In this document: positions 23,076 through 33,946 of the stretch, piece by piece | How the letters are laid out: every line of letters starts with the position of its first letter | Numbering within the stretch: position 1 is the stretch's first letter | From: Eledone cirrhosa | Taxonomy: Eukaryota | Reading direction: 5' to 3' | NCBI GenBank assembly: GCA_964016885.1 | Contig: OZ024746.1 | Coordinates: forward strand, 40,424,001 to 40,488,000 | DNA length: 64,000 bases | The notes under the pieces: model-generated | The model's input: the letters and a program-made list of their open reading frames with translations, nothing else | Database searches by the model: none | What the model was told of the DNA's origin: nothing | Translations under genes and position numbers: made by a program

Positions 23076-24552
23076 GTAGCAGAAGTACCCGGCGTTGCCC
23101 AGGTGTAAGTCGACCCTTGGTCTGTTGTTAAAATGTTTGAAAGGAAGGAGCACTGCGGGCAGGAAAAAGAAAGGCACAAGGAGGGGATGGCGGCTGACAG
23201 AGCATTGATGCGGCATGGTGATGCATGACGATGCAGTGGGACGACGGCGTGCAGGGAAGGGAGATGGCCGGGATTGACGGTTGCAGGGATTCCGCATGGT
23301 GAACCATGGCACTCGTGAAGGACCAAGTCGTGCGGGTAAGGGAGAGGGAAGGGGAGGGCATGGTGGCTGACAGAGCATGGATGCGGCATGGTGAGGCATG
23401 ACGATGCAGTGGGACGACAGCGTGCAGGGAAGGGAAAAGGAAGGACTTGATGGTGGCAGGGATGCAGCTTAGTTAGGCAAGGCAGTATTGAAGGAGCACG
23501 GCGGGCAAGCCAAAAAAATGGCTGAGGAGGGGATGGTGGCCGACAGGGCAGTAATGCGGCATGACGATGCAGTGGGACGACGGCGTGCAGGGAAGGGAGA
23601 GGGCAGGGGTTGACGGTGGCAGGAATGCGGCTTGGTCAGGCCTGGAAGTCTTGAGCTCTCCCGGAGTGTAGGTAATGGAAATGGGCAGGGGTGGACGGTG
23701 GCAGGGATTCGGCATGTTGAGCCATGGCAGTCCTTAGGGACCACGGAGGGCAGGCAATGGAAAGGGCCGGGGACTGAATTGCAGCTGACAATGCAGAGAT
23801 GCGCATGATGATGCACAACGATGCAGTAGGTCGACGGCGTGCAGGGATGGGAGAGGGCAGAGTTTGACGAATGCCTCATTATGGTACGGTAGTGGGACCA
23901 CGGGAATGAAGGGAGCGCATGGAGGCTTGATAATCGCTTGAGAAGACTGGGTGCAATACAGGATGATGCGCGGCGGTATAGTGTTGATAGTCCTTATATA
24001 AGAAATGGAAGAATCGGCATAAAAGGTTTGCTGAATATGGTGAGCGTTAATTTAAATAGACTTACGGTAGATAATCCTGATAGATTGAACATTTTTTGCA
24101 TGGCGGGAGTCGCGAAAAATGTAAGCAAGAAGAATGGCGTTTTTCGGTTGCCGGATTTATGCCTCTGGGGGTCCGATTATCGATTTTCTTTTTACAATTT
24201 CAAGTATCCCACGTTAATCCCCGCATCAAAATACATATCTACGTCAATTTTCATTGGAATCGGACAAATTTCGTAAATATCGATTTTTGCCTCTGGTGAT
24301 CCAATTATCGATTTTTCGAAAATTTAATGCAGCGCACGTTTATCCCCGAATCAAAATACACACTTGCGTCGAGTTTCATCGATTTTTGGCTTCTGGGGTC
24401 CCCATTATCGATTTTTCGAAATTTTCAAGTAGCCTATTCCACTCTACGCGTTGAGTTTTATATATGTGTGAGGTTTCATGAAAATTGGATGAACGGTGTA
24501 GCATGCAAGTTGGGAACACCAAACAATGCCCATCTTCACTTTATATATAAGA
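23076..24552 (-). mobile_element. Non-autonomous Helitron-like element with internal GC-rich tandem repeats
   Basis: The minus strand begins A|TCTTATATATAAAG and ends with hairpin CCTGGGCAACGCCGGG followed by TTCTGCTAC|T (a CTAG variant). ATGACGATGCAGTGGGACGAC recurs at about 23225, 23398 and 23561, with a variant near 23815. Confidence 0.7.
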
Positions 24553-24574
24553 TATATATATATGTATATGTATA

Positions 24575-25146
24575 TAAATATAAGTATGTATACGTATATA
24601 CATATATGTATACAGACGTACAGTAGTATGTATATATACATACATGCACACACATATATATATATATATATATGTACGTATGGATTTACCGAGCATTTAT
24701 TATAATGCTCGGTTTGTTTGTAAACAAACATCCCGAATTAAGCCGTACAGTGTTTAGCAACCATCGTTGCCCTTTTGTTCAACACTGACAAAGGAACGAT
24801 GTACTATACTTTCAGACGTTCAACCATCTGGCAGGAAGGTATATGGTGCTGACGATAGCTAATAAGCTTGAAACTAGTACATCGTTCCTTTGTCAGTGTT
24901 GAACAAAAGGGCAACGATGGTTGTTAAACACTGTATGGCTTAATTTGGGATGTTTGTTTACAAACAAACCGAGCATTATAATAAATGCTCGGTAAATCGA
25001 TACGTACATATATATATGTGTACATGTTTGTATATATGTACATACTACTGTACGTCTGTATACATATATGTATGTACATATACATACTTATATTTAAGTA
25101 ACAGCCGTACTAAGAGTGAGAAATGAAATTTCATTTCATTTTTTCC

Positions 25147-25153
<7 letters not shown>
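24575..25153 (+). mobile_element. Fold-back copy of a hammerhead-bearing repeat (family B): inverted arms 24575-24806 / 24875-25096
   Basis: About 225-bp near-perfect inverted arms; homologous to 53198-53295 plus 56170-56545. Confidence 0.8.
24844..24884 (+). ncRNA. Minimal type I hammerhead ribozyme motif (family B)
   Basis: UGGUG [CUGACGA] uAGCU-aaua-AGCUu [GAAA] CuaG [UA] CAUCG. Helix I has two G-U wobbles, helix II is 4 bp and the short helix III is palindromic. Predicted cleavage after 24879. Confidence 0.75.
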
Positions 25154-25184
<31 letters not shown>

Positions 25185-25210
25185 GTATATATATATATGT
25201 ATAAGAAAAG

Positions 25211-25243
<33 letters not shown>

Positions 25244-25250
25244 TATGTAT

Positions 25251-27398
25251 ATATAGACATAGAATATTCGAAAATATTCTGTATGTTTATAATAAACATT
25301 TTGAAGACCTAATCGCTATAGAATAGAATACGTCACGTATTACAATTAGATTCTCGATAAAAGCAAGGGAAGTAATCTACGCGTTTCATTCTCGTTAGAA
25401 ATCATCAGGACTACATATCCAGTGCTCTTATCGAGAATGACACAGCTAGAGACTTATAGAATACTTAGCTGTGTACAGGAACTGGTTTGAAAGAGCGGTT
25501 GCCGGTCCGGCAGAAATTAGAAATTGGAATAAATGCTCTGAAATAGCGATGTATATGTGAATATAGACATAGAATATTCGAAAATATTCTGTATGTTTAT
25601 AATAAACATTTTGAAGACCTAATCGCTATAGAATAGAATACGTCACGTATTACAATTAGATTCTCGATAAAAGCAAGGGAAGTAATCTACGCGTTTCATT
25701 CTCGTTAGAAATCATCAGGACTACATATCCAGTGCTCTTATCGAGAATGACACAGCTAGAGACTTATAGAATACTTAGCTGTGTACAGGAACTGGTTTGA
25801 AAGAGCGGTTGCCGGTCCGGCAGAAATTAGAAATTGGAATAAATGCTCTGAAATAGCGATATATATGTGAATATAGACATAGAATATTCGAAAATATTCT
25901 GTATGTTTATAATAAACATTTTGAAGACCTAATCGCTATAGAATAGAATACGTCACGTATTACAATTAGATTCTCGATAAAAGCAAGGGAAGTAATCTAC
26001 GCGTTTCATTCTCGTTAGAAATCATCAGGACTACATATCCAGTGCTCTTATCGAGAATGACACAGCTAGAGACTTATAGAATACTTAGCTGTGTACAGGA
26101 ACTGGTTTGAAAGAGCGGTTGCCGGTCCGGCAGAAATTAGAAATTGGAATAAATGCTCTGAAATAGCGATATATATGTGAATATAGACATAGAATATTCG
26201 AAAATATTCTGTATGTTTATAATAAACATTTTGAAGACCTAATCGCTATAGAATAGAATACGTCACGTATTACAATTAGATTCTCGATAAAAGCAAGGGA
26301 AGTAATCTACGCGTTTCATTCTCGTTAGAAATCATCAGGACTACATATCCAGTGCTCTTATCGAGAATGACACAGCTAGAGACTTATAGAATACTTAGCT
26401 GTGTACAGGAACTGGTTTGAAAGAGCGGTTGCCGGTCCGGCAGAAATTAGAAATTGGAATAAATGCTCTGAAATAGCGATATATATGTGAATATAGACAT
26501 AGAATATTCGAAAATATTCTGTATGTTTATAATAAACATTTTGAAGACCTAATCGCTATAGAATAGAATACGTCACGTATTACAATTAGATTCTCGATAA
26601 AAGCAAGGGAAGTAATCTACGCGTTTCATTCTCGTTAGAAATCATCAGGACTACATATCCAGTGCTCTTATCGAGAATGACACAGCTAGAGACTTATAGA
26701 ATACTTAGCTGTGTACAGGAACTGGTTTGAAAGAGCGGTTGCCGGTCCGGCAGAAATTAGAAATTGGAATAAATGCTCTGAAATAGCGATATATATGTGA
26801 ATATAGACATAGAATATTCGAAAATATTCTGTATGTTTATAATAAACATTTTGAAGACCTAATCGCTATAGAATAGAATACGTCACGTATTACAATTAGA
26901 TTCTCGATAAAAGCAAGGGAAGTAATCTACGCGTTTCATTCTCGTTAGAAATCATCAGGACTACATATCCAGTGCTCTTATCGAGAATGACACAGCTAGA
27001 GACTTATAGAATACTTAGCTGTGTACAGGAACTGGTTTGAAAGAGCGGTTGCCGGTCCGGCAGAAATTAGAAATTGGAATAAATGCTCTGAAATAGCGAT
27101 ATATATGTGAATATAGACATAGAATATTCGAAAATATTCTGTATGTTTATAATAAACATTTTGAAGACCTAATCGCTATAGAATAGAATACGTCACGTAT
27201 TACAATTAGATTCTCGATAAAAGCAAGGGAAGTAATCTACGCGTTTCATTCTCGTTAGAAATCATCAGGACTACATATCCAGTGCTCTTATCGAGAATGA
27301 CATTCTGTATGTTTATTATAAACATACAGAATATTTTCGAATATTCTATGTCTATATTCACATATATATCGCTATTTCAGAGCATTTATTCCAATTTC
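25251..27398 (-). repeat. 310-bp tandem array (6 full units + 192-bp partial + 82-bp inverted partial), each unit with a hammerhead ribozyme; retrozyme/Penelope-pLTR-like (family A)
   Basis: Unit starts ATATAGACAT at 25251, 25561, 25871, 26181, 26491, 26801 and 27111. Only one substitution noticed (25551 G/A). Confidence 0.92.
25372..25414 (-). ncRNA. Minimal type I hammerhead ribozyme motif (family A), first of 7 copies (also starting at 25682, 25992, 26302, 26612, 26922, 27232)
   Basis: Minus strand GUAGUC [CUGAUGA] uUUCU-aacg-AGAAu [GAAA] CgcG [UA] GAUUAC. Complete core, 6-bp helix I, palindromic ACGCGU helix III. Confidence 0.82.
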
Positions 27399-27407
27399 AT
27401 ATATATG

Positions 27408-27468
<61 letters not shown>

Positions 27469-28279
27469 ATGTGTTGATAGATGTTGTAAATATCAGCAAT
27501 CTATACCATTGCCACCTGAGTAATAGAAGCTAGGACAATGTTAGAGAACGGTCTCTGGTGTACAGGACCCCTGGCACAAGCTGACTTATTCCAATGGAGA
27601 ACATCTTACATCAGATAATAATGAGGGAGATGTATTGGAATAGTCATTCCCACTCTCAGGGCTCACTCCTTCAGTTGGCCACCTCTGCCCTGATAGCAGT
27701 GACTATGGAGGCCAAGAAAGCTAGAAGTCTCAACCACTACAGGTTCAACATCAATTTTGTATTGTTTTGACCAGCCCCAAACCTCTTATAGATTTTGTCA
27801 TCTGTTGAAGGCCAGTATTCTGAAATCAAACCTCACATTTTCTTCCCATGGTCTTTTTCTTTGGCAGGCTTCTTCTTGAATTACTTGTTTTTCCTTCACC
27901 CAATTATAACCTTTCATTCATATTCTCTTGAACACTACATTTGATTCCTCTTATACCCAGTTCCTTTTACAGTTCATCCATGCTTTGCCATTCCTGTACA
28001 TTAACACCACTCATCTATGAGAGTATACTTCCTTCTTTTCTTTTCAGCCTACGCATATTTTCTGCAGTTAGTGTTGACTGCTGTGTATATTTTACACAGC
28101 TACTGTTGCTGTGCCGTTTTTTTTTTCAGTTAAATTACTACTTTTTTAAACAAACATTTATTGACAAAACGTAGCTGCAAGATTGACAAATGTCACATCA
28201 ATAAACTAGTAACCCCATCTAGCTTTGAAGTTATGAACTGTTGGAAACGAGGTCAAACATGTTTGGATGAGTTATCTCA

Positions 28280-29210
28280 TGTACAGCACTGAAGAGGTTA
28301 ACATTGCACTTCATGCATGTGCATCATATAGCCATACTTTCATTCACAGAGAGAAACCTTTTGTTGTTACCAGAGGTAGTAAATCACTGAACATTTTCCA
28401 TCATGTTCTTATTCTAGCTACTCTACTGCTAATTAGGTCACCTAGGTAGCAGAAGCTACCAATTACTTCTGTGAAGCCTTTCCGGGATTGGCAAAATTTT
28501 CTTTCTTAGGGACCTTTATTACTAACTACTCTTGTATATCTCTCACATACAAAGTCTACCTTTTCTGTTAGTCTGTCAACAATCCCACTACACCTCTTGG
28601 GTATCTAAATTTTACATTGTGTACATCATACAGAGTTCCTACCTACTCCTCCTCTATGTATCAAGTACAGCAAATTCACTTATGGAACTCAAGAGATGTC
28701 TTCTTTCCTACTTACTAAAAGTTTGGTACTTGCTAAACTTACTCTGAGCCCTTTTGTGGAATTTCTTCTCAAGCCTTTCCACTGATTCAGCAATAAGAAC
28801 CAGGTCAGCAGCAGACCAAAATTCTTATGGACAGCTAGTTATGAACTCTTCTGTTATGGTCTGGAAGACTATAATAAACAGAAGTGGACTGAGAACTGAA
28901 CCTTGATAAACACCTACTTGTATATTGAATTTCTCACTAAACTCATTACCTACTTGCACTTTACTGACAGCACCTGTGTGCATGGCTTCAACTACTATTA
29001 CAAGCCATTCATCTCTCCTCAGTTTCCTTAAGGACCACAAATTAACGGATTACGGAACTCTGCCTTCTCCAAGTCAACAATAGCTTAATATAGCAGCTTA
29101 TACTTGGCTAGGAATTTCTCTTGTATTTGTCTCACTAAGAGAGCATCTTCCGTACTCTTTCCATGCACAAAACCAAACTGCATCTCATCAAATTTAATTC
29201 TTTCTTTCCC
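28280..29210 (-). pseudogene. Old, heavily mutated RTE reverse transcriptase relic
   Basis: ORF 28825..29040 VGVYQGSVLSPLLFIIVFQTITEEF is homologous to the young RTE copies; flanks are frameshifted. Confidence 0.85.
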
Positions 29211-29214
29211 CCCT

Positions 29215-29246
<32 letters not shown>

Positions 29247-29593
29247 TTACAATTCATTACCTCTGTCACATTGAAAACCACTATTCACCATCTACCCACT
29301 CCCATCACCCACCAATAACATGTATATAAAACGAACATGGGACATATGTCAACAGTTTGGATGGGACCACCCATGTAAACTCTCATAGCTGAAGAAGTGT
29401 CGATTAAGAGTCACGATCCAATCATATGATCACACCCGAGCTGATCAATATGGAAACAAATTGTAATATGTAATAAAGTTTACAAAAAGCTGTAATTCTT
29501 ATTGTCACTTTATATATATAATTATATATAAATAATGAAATAGAAGACAATAGGGTTATACTTCACTACATTTTATTTATTATGTAATAGCTG

Positions 29594-29889
29594 TTATACA
29601 TATTTCCACGGTATCTTTTACATAATTGTAAACCTTCAGATATGGTTTCATCAGACAGCTCTCACCTGTATAAACTTTAGTGATGTAATTTGGTGATATA
29701 TTCACTGGAAAATTTTCGGTTTCGATATATATCAACCAGGTAGTAGAAAATCAAATCAACATTGAAAATGTTCTGTTCAATATATTACTAAATTACATCT
29801 TTAAAATTCATACAGGTGAGAGCTGTCTGATGAAATCGTATCTGAAGGTTTACAATTATGTAACAGATATACCATGGAAATATGTATAA
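29594..29889. repeat. Fold-back element/MITE with ~125-bp imperfect inverted arms
   Basis: TTATACATATTTCCA...TTTCATCAGACAGCTCTCACCTGTA is mirrored by TACAGGTGAGAGCTGTCTGATGAAA...TGGAAATATGTATAA. Confidence 0.75.
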
Positions 29890-31999
29890 GAATTTCAATA
29901 TGCTGTCATGTAGGGCTTCCATGACAATATTGATAATTTATGAAGTTGTTGTACATTGACAAACTGGCAGTCAAAACATTGGATGGAATGTTTTATGGCA
30001 TTCAATCTGGTTCTATGTAATCTGACTTCAAATCTTGTTGAAGTCAGCTTTCCATCTCATCCTTTTCATGTTGATAAATAAAGTACTAGTCGATTCTTCT
30101 GTTTCTCATGAAGAAATCGGCTTTGTTCAAACCTGGAGAGGGATGGGCTCCATCAGATTTAATTGGCACCCCTTCAGAGCTCATGGATGGATAGGTAGAA
30201 AACATGGCAAATGAGTGTTTGTACTCATGTTGAGTACTCTCCCTATTTACAAAACACTCTTATTTCCTGTTTATCAGTGAGCAGCCTACAGTTGTAAAAA
30301 CAAAATATTCTAATAGATAAACATGAAAAACATACCATCCCACATGCAGGTAAAAACATACTGTCCCTACACTGAGGTAAAAATATACCAACCTATACTC
30401 AGGTAAACAAAAAATGGATATAAAGAATAATCATAGAGAAAACCAAAATATAATTTTTGTAAAGTGGTAGTATCGGTGCCATACTGAAAAGCACCTTGTT
30501 CGCACTGTAAGGCATTAGTGCTGGTGCCATGACAAAAGTACCCAGTCCACCTTGTAAGGTGGTAGTGCCGGAGTCATGATAAAATGTTCTCAGTGGTTGG
30601 TGTTAGGAAAGACATCCAGCTGTAGAAACCATGCTTCCAGTACATGCTGTAAAGAAGTTGGCAATTAGGAAGACCATTGAGCTATAGAAACCAAGCCAAA
30701 AATGGAACATATGAGAAAGAAAAGGTCACCTGACTAGTTAAGCCTCAGTACATGACAACTTGTCTAAGTAACCCATGCAAAATAGATGTTAAAAGGTGAT
30801 GATGGTGTATATAAATCATGACTTTCTGATAGCTGTACATGGTCAAATATTTACAGGCAATACTTTGGCCCCTTCAAGCTACATATTTTACTTCTAGTTC
30901 CATTAAAAGTTAAGTGGTTAGTAACAGGAATATCATGCAATTGTATGACAACTGCTACAACAGAATACTAATGAAAATTTTGTAAGCCTCATTTCACTGA
31001 AACTGTCTTATGTGACTTAATCATATTATATATCTAAATTTGATACTTTAATCCCGATACCTGTTGCTAGTACTCTTAACGTTAATTAGTCAGCCTAATA
31101 TTTTCAGCTGTAAACATAAAAATATATTTGTAAACAGAATAAAGCCATTTTAATAATATTTAAAATTATGTCAGTTTTGCACTTTTATTTTGAAAGGAAC
31201 ATTATTTACAGTACTTTCACTGGTCAAACATAAACAATAAATTAAATAACAAGCAAACATTATAGGCTTTTATTTATAATGTGTGACAAAAATGTCTAAC
31301 AAACTGTTAAAAGTAAACATTAATAATTTAGTAACATGAATGTAAAATAATACCCCCCTTCCCCCAATCACTGTAGAAACAATATAAAATAGATAAAATT
31401 AACATTTTTAAGAAATATAATTTATTTAGAAGAACATCTAAATTTGTATCAACTGTGGCAACAATTTAACAAAGTATGTGTGTATGTATGCATGAGTCTA
31501 TATATATATATAGACAGATACACACACACACACATAAATATATATACACACACATATACATACATATATATATATGTTGTATAATGAATAACCTGTAGAT
31601 TAATGAGCAGTTACTCAAAAAGCTCATCAACTTTTGATTTAAATTAACGAAAGTAAAATCTTTAATGTGACCGCATGTTTTTAAATGTCTGTGAAAGACA
31701 GTAGTGTAAGTGAACTACTGGAGCAGAACATGCCTCAAAACAGATCAAAAGGCCTCCTACACAAATTCTATATCAAGGAGTATTGTTCCGAGTAACACCT
31801 AAGAATAATACAAGGCTGCATTTGTTTTAAAGTTTTGGTAAGTCGCAAGAACTCAGCCTTGAAACCGTGACATAAATATATCACTCCTGCTTTGTAGATT
31901 AATAGATGGGTGATTTGTTATGTATTATTGTTTTTTATATCATATATATATAATATACATACACACAGAAAATATACATATATAATACGTGTGTGTATG

Positions 32000-32051
<52 letters not shown>

Positions 32052-33201
32052 TACATACACACAAATGCATGTGTATACAGACAGTCACATATATTTTAAC
32101 ATTTTGTGCTGTTTACCTTTACTTCCATAAATATTGGCCGGAGTGTTGCTACTCTCATTTTGAAAATATTGTTTCATTGGCATAAAGTTTTTAAAGGACA
32201 TTTCAACTGTCTCATTATGACTGACATAGAAATGATATTTCAGTGCGGTATTGATACACTTCAATTGCTGTTATTCAGTTGATTGGGACACATTTTGTCT
32301 AAAGTTTCTAGTGTTTTCTTAGCAGAATCACAAAAATATTTCAAAGAAGGCATTATTTATTACTGATGAAATTTGTGAATTTGGTGAACATATTCTGACA
32401 TGTGGAATATAGGAATATATACACTGAGAACATTTTCTTTGCCAACAAAAATTTTTAAATTGAATTTTTTTTTTTAATCAATTCATTGTTAATTTTTTGG
32501 ATTAAGGTATTAATGAGGATTGATTCATTATTCAATGTTTGAAGGTCTGTCACAAGACATTACAATATTTCTGTATAAATGCTGGATATAGCAATCTTTT
32601 TTTTCTTTCTTTTTATTTAGTCAGGAGGAGAGGGCAGTGCCCATAACCCTTTTCAGGATTTCTGTTTCTGGTGGGAGGGGAGGAAGGAAGGTCTCCTCAA
32701 ACTGGAGACCTGGCCCAAATGCTTGCAACAGAGTAAACTCTGCTAAAGGCACCTGGGGGCCAGGTAGTGGTATTAAACCAGGTGATGGATTAAATCTATC
32801 ACCCAAGTTGGCCACAGTGAGGTTTGAACTCTGAATACAGAGCCTTAATAAATGCCGCAAGACATCCCCTCTGACACTAGCATTCTGCCAGTACCCCACT
32901 GCTCTAAACTGGTACTTATTTATCAACCCTCCGAAGGACGAAAGGCAAAGTTGATCTCAGCGGAATTTGAACTCAGAATTCAAGGAACTGGAATAAATAC
33001 TGCAAGGCATTTTGTTTGATGCTCTAACACTTCTGTCAATTCGTCACCTAATTGTAAAACAATCAGATATTTTAATCTATGAGCCAAATGTCTCTACTAT
33101 GGGAGTTCATAGAAGTAATTATTTTATTTTTATCATTTAATAAGTTTAACAAATTTTTTTGGTTCTGAATTTGATTTAATGATGTGCTCAAAACAAGGTC
33201 T

Positions 33202-33239
<38 letters not shown>

Positions 33240-33946
33240 CTTTTTGAAATGTATAAGATCACAAAATAATATTTTGTTTTAGGTAATTTGAAAGATAACT
33301 TATTTTTCTTGGCTGTTTGTTAGTATTAGTTTTAGTTCCATTTTTTTTTTCTCACTGAAATTCAGTCTTCAGTATTTTATTGAAATGCTTTTAATATTAT
33401 TCTAGGATATAAAATAATCCAAGGTATATAATAATTGAAAATTATATGAAAGATTATATTGTTGAATTTAGAGGTAGTTATGAATATAACTAGAATGAAT
33501 GTATTAGTTGCACAGACCAAGCTGTCATAATTGTCCGTTACTGCTCAACATAAAATATATGCTTTGCAGAGAATGAAGTCAAGTAAAGTATCAGGGATTG
33601 AAACAGCACAAAAAGAAATGTTAAAACATGTAAAGGAATTTGTGGTGGTGAGACAATGCTTAAGTAACAATCGGGAAGCTACTTTAAATGTCTGCTTGGT
33701 GCTAATGTGCTATTTTTATATTATAATTTACTTAATCACAGATAGTTTGCAAAAAATATAATTTTTAATAATAAATGTAAATTTAATGCTTATCAAAAAA
33801 AAAAAAAAAAAAGCAAGCATATAGTTTTTGTTTCTCTTCTAGTTTACAAATAAAATTTATTTCCTTTCTTTCCTTTCATGTGTAATTTATTGGGCCCCAG
33901 TAACCAATATTAATCAAGAATGTGATTCTAAACAAAAATTAACACC

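Noticed and set aside
22959-23879. Pro/His/Cys-rich ORFs
   Set aside because: Products of GC-rich tandem repeats inside the Helitron-like element.
25251-27302. CRISPR array or rDNA/snRNA tandem cluster
   Set aside because: Units are identical over their whole length with no unique spacers and no cas genes, and the context is eukaryotic. No resemblance to 5S, tRNA or U snRNAs that I can recognise.
31130-31280. Opposing polyadenylation signals marking both genes' 3' ends
   Set aside because: AATAAA/TTTATT hexamers are too frequent in this AT-rich DNA to assign without transcript data.
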